A program made the position numbers and the translations under genes. From an uncultured Rivularia sp. (GTDB lineage Bacteria > Cyanobacteriota > Cyanobacteriia > Cyanobacteriales > Nostocaceae), in contig OY762007.1 of NCBI GenBank assembly GCA_963665115.1, forward strand, positions 5,504,001-5,568,000: a DNA stretch of 64,000 bases, in the 5' to 3' direction. Of the stretch, positions 55,317-64,000 are shown one piece after another. The first letter of the stretch is position 1; each line of letters begins with the position of its first letter. Below the pieces are notes generated by a model that had not been told where the DNA came from, did no database searches, and worked only from the letters and a program-made list of their open reading frames with translations.

Positions 55317-56777
55317 TTACTTGTTTCTAGTTTGATTCAGATAAGCTTTCCCAGGTTGACTTGTATCTGCTAATAAGGGAACAGAGACTCCTAAATGTAG
55401 ATTTCTAGTTTGTTGGAGAATTTGCTCTACCTCTTCTTCGGAAAGCTGTTGAACGTAATTAATTTTAATTTCTTCTAAGAAGTCGATTAATAAGCTTTGT
55501 ATCTGTGAAAGCACTTGCTTTTTTTGGATTTCCGAAGTCAAAGATTCAGAGAAGCGTTTTACTAATTCACCCGAAAGTTTAGCAGAAACTGGGTCTTCTG
55601 TTGCCGATACTACAGCATGGTAGAGATTTGTGGCAATTTGAGTTGCTAATTGTTCGCTTAACTGACTTTGCATTTGTCCTAACCCTGGTAGGTTGCTCAA
55701 ATTGCGATAGATGGGAGACTGATTAAATGCGCTATCTATATTGTGTTGCAAAAGAGTAATTATTTGCGGTTGGACTTTTGGTAACACTTCGCGAATAATT
55801 GTTTGTACGAAAATTCCTGCTAAGGCTTCTATTTCATCAACGTTATTTATGTCTATATAAGGACGTAATGTTTGACTTTGTTGCAGCCAGCTAGTTAAGT
55901 TTCCTTGTTTAATTGAATTTTGAGTTTTATTTATAACCCGTATGACGACAATTTGAGTTATTTCTTCAGCAAAATTGGCTACAATACCTTTCTGAGCTTG
56001 CTGTCTTATACCTTGTAAATTTAATAACTCAGCTTTATCTAAACGAACTAACACAGGTACGATTCGCAACCAACGCCAAAAGGGTAGGATTAAGAATACA
56101 TCGTACCAACGCCAAAGAATACAATCTAACCAGCTAAATCCAGCGTTATGCCTTTTTATATAGAAACTACGCGCTAACAATTCAAGTAAAAATAAAATTA
56201 CAAATGGTAAATCGATTATCCAGAATTTATCTATAAATTCCCCATTTTCGCCAATTTGTCGATAGTAATTAGTTGCGATTAAGGGTTTAATTTTTTGATT
56301 AAAAAAGTTGAGTTCTCTATCTATACCTTGTTGCAGTAAATAATCAGTACTCCAGAAAGTAGAAAAAGCCCGCTTTGAAGATTCATAAGAGAGGCGATCG
56401 CGCATCCGATTTTTGATTTTTTCTAAGGTGCCGCTTTTTGAAGCTCCTGCAAATGGATTATTTTCAATCGTTTCTACGCTCAAATCGCGTAATTCTTGAA
56501 GCTTACTTGCCGCCATAGCCGAATTTAATTCTGTTTCGCCGATTTGCTGCTCGAATTCTTCTACAGTTCTCAAATAATTTTCAGTTTCTCGATGAGGCTC
56601 AATTCCTTTGATAGGGTCATATATTTCTTGGATTTGAGGCAAACTACGTAAATAAAAATCACGCCATCCAATGTAACTTAAATTAAATAATACTAATCCT
56701 AAATTTACCGTAGCAGTAAGCGCGATTAATCTTTCAAACCAAAGATTTCGCTTTTTCGTAAGTTTTCTACTTTTCAT
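55317..56777 (-). CDS. Conserved hypothetical membrane protein with Ion_trans S1-S4-like segments
   Basis: TM1, a large loop, then IDLPFVILFLLELLAR...RWYDVFLILPFWRWLRIVPVLVRL, then a soluble helical C-terminus. Confidence 0.7.
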   Translation of the reverse strand: MKSRKLTKKRNLWFERLIALTATVNLGLVLFNLSYIGWRDFYLRSLPQIQEIYDPIKGIEPHRETENYLRTVEEFEQQIGETELNSAMAASKLQELRDLSVETIENNPFAGASKSGTLEKIKNRMRDRLSYESSKRAFSTFWSTDYLLQQGIDRELNFFNQKIKPLIATNYYRQIGENGEFIDKFWIIDLPFVILFLLELLARSFYIKRHNAGFSWLDCILWRWYDVFLILPFWRWLRIVPVLVRLDKAELLNLQGIRQQAQKGIVANFAEEITQIVVIRVINKTQNSIKQGNLTSWLQQSQTLRPYIDINNVDEIEALAGIFVQTIIREVLPKVQPQIITLLQHNIDSAFNQSPIYRNLSNLPGLGQMQSQLSEQLATQIATNLYHAVVSATEDPVSAKLSGELVKRFSESLTSEIQKKQVLSQIQSLLIDFLEEIKINYVQQLSEEEVEQILQQTRNLHLGVSVPLLADTSQPGKAYLNQTRNK

Positions 56778-57140
56778 ATTTATTCAGTATCAATACATAC
56801 AACAGAGAATCAACAAGGTATTATATTTAATAGTTGCAAGTGATTGCAAAACGTTTGTTACAAGGGAAAATAATTGTTTTAAGTATTATTTGTATCACTT
56901 AACAAATTTACATAATCCCAAAATATTTAACTATTTGTACAAGCTTTTAAAGATACATCTATAGGAAGATGACAAAAATATTTATTGTTACTTATTTAAA
57001 ATAATTACAGAAAGTTTAAATTGATGAAAAAATGATTAATAATTAAATAAAAAAAATTGATAAAAATAGCATAAATAAACTTAAAATGCAGCTGTACGGC
57101 TGAAAATGCTGCCGAATTTTAATGACTCGGAGTTTTAATC

Positions 57141-57932
57141 ATGTGGTGTGAGTTTAGTAATAAGAACATTAGTGTAGCGGTTGCCTGCCTCATTGTAAGT
57201 AGTACCGCAGTTTCAAGTACGGTTTTTGCTGCTCGTCAGCGCAATTATACTCCACGAGAATTTCGTTCTGTCTTGTACGGATTGGGGTATAACGTCGAAG
57301 TCTCAGAAGGTCCTCTGACAGACGCTCAAACCAGAAAAGCAATTCGCGAATTTCAGCGGGGATACAAAATAGGAGTTGATGGTATAGCAGGGCCAAACAC
57401 TCAAAATTTGGCTGCCGAAATTGTTAAAAGTCTCAAGTACAACTTGAACTTAGTCGCGAATCCCGATCCTAAGTTAATTATCAATCAGTTTTATGGGCCA
57501 AGAACGCAAGAAGTAGTTAAGAAATATCAGGAAGAATTAGAAGTCGAACAAAGTGGAATCGCCGATTTAGCTTTGCGGCAAAGACTTAATCAACAAGCGA
57601 AGGAGAACCCACAGCCAACACCAGAGCCAACACCACAACCAACGCCAGAACCAACACCAATCGCAACCCCATCACCAACGCCATCACCAACGGCGACACC
57701 AGAAGTTACACCAACACCTGTAATTCCAGAACCAACACCAACACCAACGGCGACACCAGAAGTAACGCCAATTCCAGAAGTAACACCAATTCCAGAACCA
57801 ACACCATCACCAACGGCGACACCAGAAGTTACCCCAACACCTGTAATTCCAGAACCAAGTCCAACACCTACCGAATCACCTGAAGATGAAGAAGAGGCAA
57901 CACCAACTCCTACTCCTACGGAATCACCGTAA
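57141..57932 (+). CDS. Secreted peptidoglycan-binding domain protein with Pro/Thr-rich tail
   Basis: Signal peptide; two PG_binding_1-like units (L..LGY...T.KAIREFQ...[22 protein letters not shown]...SGIAD); (PT/PE)n tail. Confidence 0.9.
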   Translation: MWCEFSNKNISVAVACLIVSSTAVSSTVFAARQRNYTPREFRSVLYGLGYNVEVSEGPLTDAQTRKAIREFQRGYKIGVDGIAGPNTQNLAAEIVKSLKYNLNLVANPDPKLIINQFYGPRTQEVVKKYQEELEVEQSGIADLALRQRLNQQAKENPQPTPEPTPQPTPEPTPIATPSPTPSPTATPEVTPTPVIPEPTPTPTATPEVTPIPEVTPIPEPTPSPTATPEVTPTPVIPEPSPTPTESPEDEEEATPTPTPTESP

Positions 57933-57933
57933 A

Positions 57934-58079
57934 GGGAGTAGGGAGTAGGGAGTAGGGAGTAGGGAGTAGGGAGTAGGGAGTAGGGAGTAGGGAGTAGGGA
58001 GTAGGGAGTAGGAAATTTTCTACCCCCTCTACCTATTCCCAATGCCCAATGCCCAATGCCCAATGCCCAATGCCCAATC
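57934..58079. repeat. STRR arrays (GGGAGTA)11 and (CCCAATG)5
   Basis: Perfect heptamer arrays at 57934-58010 and 58038-58072, between convergent genes. Confidence 0.97.
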
Positions 58080-58088
58080 CCCATCTTT

Positions 58089-58976
58089 CTAACCGTTCGG
58101 CTCTTCCATTGGTCTACCCTTGGGAACCGGAAGGAGCGGACGACGGTCATCATAAGGCATTGGGATGTACTGCACTGAAGGTCTTCCACCTTGCGGTTGC
58201 GGGTACAGCTCCATCAGGTCGTAGACTATTCGGGGCAGTCCGGCAGTGACGGGCAGCCCCATTTCTGTTGCTTCTTCTACGGTTATTGGGTAATCGTGGG
58301 TAACTTGTCCGGTTGTTAAAGCTTGGATAATGTTTTCAATATTTTCTGGTTTTACTTTTTGTTTGGGGATGCAATCTTGAAGTAAAGTCCTGACAAAACG
58401 CTGTACTTGATTCATGGCTTTGCGCGACAAGTCAGCCATTATCAAGGTTTGGTCGTCAACTTCACCGATAGGCTTATCTTCAACAACTTTGATAATACTT
58501 GCAGCAGGGTAATTTCCAAGTTGGGGATCGACAGGGCCGAGAACCGCATTTTCATCCATAACTATCTCATCTGCTGCAAGGGCAAGCATTGTACCGCCAC
58601 TCATCGCATAATGCGGTACAAAAACAGTTACTTTGGCTTGATGCCGAATTAATGCTCTAGCAATTTGTTCGGTTGCTAAAACCAAACCACCTGGAGTATG
58701 CAGAATTAGATCGATAGGAACATCTGATGGGGTTAAACGAATTGCCCGAAGAATTTTCTCAGAATCTTCGATGGTGATGTAGCGCGAAATTGGTACACCT
58801 AAAAAACTGATAGACTCTTGACGGTGAATCAGTAGAATTGTTCTACTTTTACGTTTTTGTTGAAATTCATCAATACTGCGGAAGCGACGATACTCCATTT
58901 TACGCTTCTGCCAAATCGGCTGTATGGAAGAAAGCAGTAGAAAAATCCACAATAGATCGAAAATACGAAAATCCAT
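58089..58976 (-). CDS. SDH-family Clp-fold serine protease
   Basis: LILHTPGG, AMSGGTMLALAAD, LGPVDPQ, THDYPI. Confidence 0.92.
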   Translation of the reverse strand: MDFRIFDLLWIFLLLSSIQPIWQKRKMEYRRFRSIDEFQQKRKSRTILLIHRQESISFLGVPISRYITIEDSEKILRAIRLTPSDVPIDLILHTPGGLVLATEQIARALIRHQAKVTVFVPHYAMSGGTMLALAADEIVMDENAVLGPVDPQLGNYPAASIIKVVEDKPIGEVDDQTLIMADLSRKAMNQVQRFVRTLLQDCIPKQKVKPENIENIIQALTTGQVTHDYPITVEEATEMGLPVTAGLPRIVYDLMELYPQPQGGRPSVQYIPMPYDDRRPLLPVPKGRPMEEPNG

Positions 58977-59108
58977 AAGACGAACTGTTTAAATTTAACG
59001 GTTTCGTCATTCATTCTTGCAATTTTTGGTACATTGAATGTCTATCTGGAGAGACAGTTATCACTGAGCAGTTACCAATTACCAATTACCAATTACCTCT
59101 CTTCCTAA

Positions 59109-60902
59109 CTACTGCTGTTGCCAAATCTTAATAGTGCCGTCATCGCTACCGCTAACTAAAGTCTCCCCATTGGGACTTATGGCGATCGAGCGAACATAAT
59201 TGGAATGACCTCTCAAAGTACAGATTTCGTTACCCGTACTCAGTTGCCAAATTTTGATTGTGTTGTCCCAACTACCGCTAACTAAAAATTCTCTATTTGG
59301 ACTCAGTTTCACCGTCCAAACTGCATCATCGTGACCTTTCAAAGTACGAATTTCTCTACCCGTACTTATTTGCCACAGTTTAATCGTGTTATCAGAACTA
59401 CCGCTGGCTAAGATTGTCCCATCTCGGCTGTAAGTTAAAGAATTAACAAATAAAGAATGACCTTTCAAAGTACGAATTTCGCTACCCGTACTTGCTCGCC
59501 ATATTTTAATCGTATAGTCAGCACTGGCACTAGCTAAAAAATGCCCATCTGGACTCCATGCGACCGAGGAAACTGAATCGGAATGTCCTATAAAATTGCT
59601 AACCTCTTTACTGTCTATTACCTGCCAGAGTTTGATTTTAGAATCAACGCTACTGCTTGCTAGTATTTGATCGTTGGGATTAAAAGCAAGAGAATTTACG
59701 CAGCTATTATGACCTTTTAAATGGCTAATTTGTTTACCAGTACTTACAGACCATAATTTGATAGTTTCATCCCAACTACCACTAGCAAGAATCTCTCCAT
59801 CATGGCTGAAAGCGAGGGTGTCAACTATACCTGAATGACCGGAAAACCAGCGCCCAAGCAGACGCAGCAGTTTTCCACTTTGGAGTTCCCATAATTTGAT
59901 AGTTTTGTCGCTGCTACCGCTAGCAATAATTTTACCGTCGGGACTGATGGTTACTGAATGAACCATACTGGTGTGTCCTTCGAGGGTGCGAATGCATTTC
60001 CAACTATGAGGAAGTGAGGATTTCGGAAGGGGTGTAATAATTTGCGTTGGGGGTACTATTGCTAAATTTCTGCTCTCACCAACAGGCTTTTCGAGTAATT
60101 GCAACCACTCTTGGACGGATTGGGGACGATAATTAGCATTTAGTGCCATTCCGCGCATTATTGCTTGATTTGTTCTATCACCGATTTGAGGATTTAAATC
60201 TTGTGGTGGTTTGAGTAAAGTGTGCTGATTTCTGTTCTCGGCACTTGTAGGAGTAACTCCTGTAAGTAAAGTGTATAAGGTGGCTGCTAAGGCATAAACA
60301 TCAATAAATTCTCCCCGTGGTGCTTCAATTTGGTATTGTTCTGGTGGGGCAAAACCGGGAGTATGATAAATTGTATGTTTTTGCACCTCATTAGGAATAA
60401 ATTCTCTGGCTATACCAAAGTCAATTAATACAGCTTCTGTTTTATTTTGGCGGATAATAATATTACTGGGCTTGATGTCTCGATGCAGCAAACCTCGACG
60501 ATGAATCACTTTTAAAGCATCACCAATTTGCTGAATGTATTGCAGTGCTTCAGCCTCAGATAATATGCCCATCCGCCGTAAATGTTTACTTAAATCTGCA
60601 CCTTCGATGTACTCCATTGCAATACAAGGCAGATTTTCTTCTTCAAAAATAGTTTTTATCTTGACTATATGTGGATGAAGACATACAGATAATCTTACCG
60701 CTTCATCGCGAAAGTCTTGTCGTATTTTATCTAGGTATGGTTTCCAAGCGGGATTTTCAAGAATATGTTCTCGAAGCGTTTTGATAACTCGGAGTTCGCT
60801 ACGTTGGTTTTTTGCAAGATAGGTAACGCCTATTCCACCTTCACCGAGTTTCTTTTCAATGATGTAGCGTCCAGATAAGCTTTGCCCCCTCTGCCAAGCC
60901 AT
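59109..60902 (-). CDS. Ser/Thr protein kinase with WD40 repeats
   Basis: LGEGGIG, HRDIKPSN, DFG, APPE; seven GH...SGS.D.TIK.W repeats. Confidence 0.97.
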   Translation of the reverse strand: MAWQRGQSLSGRYIIEKKLGEGGIGVTYLAKNQRSELRVIKTLREHILENPAWKPYLDKIRQDFRDEAVRLSVCLHPHIVKIKTIFEEENLPCIAMEYIEGADLSKHLRRMGILSEAEALQYIQQIGDALKVIHRRGLLHRDIKPSNIIIRQNKTEAVLIDFGIAREFIPNEVQKHTIYHTPGFAPPEQYQIEAPRGEFIDVYALAATLYTLLTGVTPTSAENRNQHTLLKPPQDLNPQIGDRTNQAIMRGMALNANYRPQSVQEWLQLLEKPVGESRNLAIVPPTQIITPLPKSSLPHSWKCIRTLEGHTSMVHSVTISPDGKIIASGSSDKTIKLWELQSGKLLRLLGRWFSGHSGIVDTLAFSHDGEILASGSWDETIKLWSVSTGKQISHLKGHNSCVNSLAFNPNDQILASSSVDSKIKLWQVIDSKEVSNFIGHSDSVSSVAWSPDGHFLASASADYTIKIWRASTGSEIRTLKGHSLFVNSLTYSRDGTILASGSSDNTIKLWQISTGREIRTLKGHDDAVWTVKLSPNREFLVSGSWDNTIKIWQLSTGNEICTLRGHSNYVRSIAISPNGETLVSGSDDGTIKIWQQQ

Positions 60903-61279
60903 TAGTGAAAATTGTAAAGTTGCTGGTATTTATTTTTGCACAAATTCTATGTTTGGGTAAGAAGATTTCATGAGGATGAAGTAAACTACCTACACTAAAA
61001 TCAAAAAATAAAGATAGAGTAAATTTTGCCCGAATAGGGTTGTGGTATTTACGGATTATTGATTGAATTAGCGCATACCATACGTAACTTACAATTCAAA
61101 AGCAAAAAATATTTTGCAGCTAAAACATCGTTATCAAGTTAATAGATAACTTGTTTTTCGATCTTTCTTTATTTTTGGAAAGAATGCAGTTTAAGTGTCT
61201 AGATTGATTACTTGCAGTTGACTTTAGATAAAAGCAAGTTCATATAAATTAATGAAAAGTATAAGGAGTTAATAAGCAG

Positions 61280-61924
61280 ATGAAAAATAAATACAAATAT
61301 TTATCAGGATTAGCTGTAGCTACAATTTTCTTCGGAATAATTAATCCAGTACAAGCAGCTACCTTATTTAGCACAAACTTGAATTCAAGTTTAGTCCCAG
61401 ATGTAGAGTCTAGTGCTACAGGGAATGCGGTATTTCTCTTAAATGATGCTGAAGATAAACTAGAGTACGAAATTGAAATTATGGGAGGTATAGCTGATTT
61501 AGGAGACGAAAACTCGGGCAATAAAGTCACTAAAGTCCATCTTCATGTAATCGAAGGTGATGAATTTAGAAATGGTGAAATATTCGATGATGGCAAACAC
61601 GTTTTTAATGTATATACTCCCGATGATAATGACTTACAAATAATTCAAGATGACGGAAAAGTGACCTTTAAAGGTATATGGGATGCAAACGATTTTGTTC
61701 CTGAAAATCCCGGACTACTTGATAATAGAACTTTAACAAGTCAATTAGGTAATTTATTTGCTGGTAATCTATTTGTAAATATTCACACCGCAAACAATCC
61801 TAGTTCCGAAATTAGAGGGATAATTAAGCAAGTGCCGGAACACAATGGTTCTTTAGGCTTCCTGATGGCAGGTTGCACTTATCTATTATGGAATCAGAAG
61901 AAATTAAAGAAAACTGAAAACTGA
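61280..61924 (+). CDS. CHRD-domain PEP-CTERM protein
   Basis: Signal peptide; SSATGNA, VHLH, LFVNIHT..NP..EIRG; C-terminal VPE, TM segment and basic tail. Confidence 0.85.
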   Translation: MKNKYKYLSGLAVATIFFGIINPVQAATLFSTNLNSSLVPDVESSATGNAVFLLNDAEDKLEYEIEIMGGIADLGDENSGNKVTKVHLHVIEGDEFRNGEIFDDGKHVFNVYTPDDNDLQIIQDDGKVTFKGIWDANDFVPENPGLLDNRTLTSQLGNLFAGNLFVNIHTANNPSSEIRGIIKQVPEHNGSLGFLMAGCTYLLWNQKKLKKTEN

Positions 61925-61960
61925 TTCGATCGCAGAGAATAAATTCAATAAGTAACAAGA

Positions 61961-61990
61961 TAATGCTCATAAATTAATTTATGAGCATTA
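61961..61990. terminator. Perfect 30-bp palindrome after the CHRD gene
   Basis: TAATGCTCATAAATT|AATTTATGAGCATTA. Confidence 0.6.
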
Positions 61991-62240
61991 GAACCTTTAT
62001 ATTTTTAATTTTGTAGTCCGTTAGGGTTAACTCGAAGGGTGCAGAGCGGCGTGTCTGTAAAGATATGCATCTCATCCAAAATACCTTAACATAGCGGTTT
62101 GAATTGAGTCAGACGGCATCTTGATCTATTCTAAATTTTATATTTTTTTAAAATTTTGCGGTTGTTCAAAAGGCTATATTAATTATGAAGTTAATGTTAC
62201 TCATTACTTAAAATTATTGTTTAAAGTTTAAGATTTTTAT

Positions 62241-63180
62241 ATGCAAACAAGACCTTTTACATTTATGCTAAAAAATTTACAAATAAAACAAAAATTTACA
62301 TTTTTACTGCTAATTATTTTGCTTGTGGGGATTAGTATCAGCGGATTAGCTTTATCTTTCGTACTTGGGCAAAATGCTAAACGTGAAGTTGAGAATACAG
62401 CTTTAATTTTAATGGAAACGATGAGTTCGGTTCGTAATTATACTAGTACCCAAGTAAATCCAGAATTGCAAGAGAAATTAGAAACAAATTTTTTACCCCA
62501 AAGCGTACCTGCTTATTCGGCTAGAGAAGTATTTGAAAACCTACGAAGCAAAGGAGAATATAAAGATTTTTTCTATAAAGAAGCTACGCTAAATCCGACT
62601 AATCTTCGAGATAAAGCTGACACTTTTGAAACAAAAATCGTTGAGCGTTTCAAGAATGAAAAAAAAACAGAATTGAGCGGTTTTCGTTCGCTTCCTGGTG
62701 GAGATATTTTCTATATTGCTCGTCCGCTAGCAGTAACAAAAGAAAGTTGCTTGGTGTGTCATAGCACAGTTGATGTTGCACCTAAGAGTATGATACAGCG
62801 TTATGGTACTGCTCATGGATTTGGATGGAAGTTAAATGAAATAATCGGCGCTCAAATCATTTCAGTCCCCAGCAGATAGAGTCATTCAAAAAGCTCATAA
62901 ATCATCTGTTGTAATCATCGGTATTGTATCTATTGTTTTTGTGCTTGCCATTGTATTCGTGAATATGTTCTTGAATAGACAAGTTGTACGTCCGCTGAAA
63001 CGGATTACCCGTATGGCTGAAGAAGTTAGTACGGGACATATGGAAGTCGATTTTGACCAGGTATCTAATGACGAAATCGGTAATCTTGCCAGAGCCTTTA
63101 AAAGAATGAAACTAAGTTTAGAAATGGCTATGAAGAGACTTAAAAATAATGGTGGTAGTAATAAGAATACAACAGAATAA
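62241..63180 (+). CDS. DUF3365 (Tll0287-like, heme c CxxCH) sensor with HAMP domain; apparent frameshift at ~62867
   Basis: TM; YKEATLNPTN..D.AD.FE; CLVCH; IIGAQIISVP. Removing one C gives ISVPADRVIQKA.., TM2 and a HAMP domain (RPLKRI...DEIGNLARAF). Confidence 0.88.
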
Positions 63181-63334
63181 CGATCAAATAATTTATATCT
63201 AATTGACTCTACATAAATATTACGGCGAACAAAACTAATGGTTATTCCGTACTTGCTATACTGATTAAATAGTCGTAAAAAGGCAGTAGATAGTAGAGAA
63301 AAGTATTTCAGCAATTTTAGCTAAAAATTTAGCA

Positions 63335-63449
63335 TACTAGTAGCGCTGCGCGGAAGTAAAAAGTAAGAAGTAAAAAGTAAAAAGTCTTATAGGATAAATA
63401 TTTCAGTCGTTAACAATGGGTGCTTTATTTCCGCCGTGCTGTACTAGTA
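63335..63449. mobile_element. MITE-like element bounded by TACTAGTA with imperfect TIRs
   Basis: Left end TACTAGTA-GCGCTGC-GCGGAAGTAAA; right end (reverse complement) TACTAGTA-CAGCACG-GCGGAAATAAA; internal AAGTAAA heptamers. Confidence 0.55.
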
Positions 63450-63484
63450 GTCCCTTTCATTTATTTTGATGAGTTTTATATTTC

Positions 63485-63541
63485 GTAGTGCGAGCCGGAA
63501 AGCTCGCTAGTTGTAACGAGGGAGCGAGACGCTCCCACTAC
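63485..63541. repeat. REP-like doublet, family A
   Basis: GTAGTGCGAGCCGGAAAGCTCGCT...GGGAGCGAGACGCTCCCACTAC; near-identical to 16083-16140. Confidence 0.88.
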
Positions 63542-63710
63542 GAATAATCTATCCAGCAAAACTAATAGGACAAACGTTAGGTAATGAAGAACAAAATTAC
63601 TTGAAAAAAATAAATAGTAAGATGCTGATAATTAATAATCTGAGTTTTTCAACCTATAAACTCTTATAAATCAGAGATGAAAGTTATATATTGAATAATT
63701 ATCAATAATT

Positions 63711-64000
63711 TTAAGAAAAGATCCGCCGTGTAAACTCAATCGCCGTTTGAGAATCAGGGATTTCACTTGCTAATAGTTCTACTAATTGATGGGGAGTTAT
63801 TCGAGGATTTTTTGCTAGTATATCTTCTATAATAAAATTTGCCATTGGACCAATATAGTAAGCTAATTGTTGATGACAATTTTCTATAAAGGAACAGCTT
63901 AGCAGGTTTAACTGTTCTTGATTATCGATGTTTTCCCGATTATTAATTGAGCTAATTACTGTTGGTTGGACTTGGTTATTAGAGGGGGGTATTGTAGGAG
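63711..64000 (-). CDS. 3' end of a gene, probably a Ser/Thr kinase (C-terminal helical domain); runs off the window edge
   Basis: Manual translation PTIPPSNNQVQPTVIS...FIENCHQQLAYYIGPMAKFIIEDIL...LVELLASEIPD...EFTRRIFS*. I recall this domain from the C-termini of cyanobacterial kinases; the kinase domain itself is outside the window. Confidence 0.65.
   Translation of the reverse strand, partial: PTIPPSNNQVQPTVISSINNRENIDNQEQLNLLSCSFIENCHQQLAYYIGPMANFIIEDILAKNPRITPHQLVELLASEIPDSQTAIEFTRRIFS

Noticed and set aside
57590..58189. 199-aa Gly/Val-rich minus-strand ORF
   Set aside because: Antisense shadow of the Pro/Thr tail plus STRR heptamers.

Overview
A low-GC (AT-rich) chromosomal segment from a filamentous heterocyst-forming cyanobacterium (Nostocales, Rivularia/Calothrix-like). 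This is inferred from recurrent HIP1 octamers (GCGATCGC), heptameric STRR repeats in the intergenic regions and cyanobacteria-specific genes (CRR7, DUF1815, DUF2839, DUF2854, DUF3493). Main contents: (1) 1-13.8 kb, a surface-glycosylation island with two GT2 enzymes, a methyltransferase, a flippase-like protein, an (alpha/alpha)-toroid protein and five multi-TM GT-C-like proteins, ending at dxr. (2) Housekeeping and regulatory genes: tRNA-Thr(CGT), a diguanylate cyclase, ppk1, a histidine kinase, lysS and rimP-nusA-ylxR-infB. (3) 28.4-34.5 kb, a four-gene cluster that looks like a complete chaperone-usher (Csu/sigma-fimbria-like) pilus system with an unusual usher N-terminus; this is the best candidate for a poorly described system. 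(4) An orphan two-gene cassette with a possible PD-(D/E)xK-like motif next to lysS. (5) A truncated REP-associated tyrosine transposase with adjacent REP palindromes, plus several dispersed REP, MITE and very small repeat families. (6) A pore-less voltage-sensor-like membrane protein, and a heme-c DUF3365-HAMP sensor lying between a Ser/Thr kinase and a probable second one. Six apparent frameshifts, including ones in essential lysS and infB, can each be repaired by a single-base change in a short G/C run, so they are most likely sequencing errors. All family assignments come from motif recognition by eye; no searches were run.
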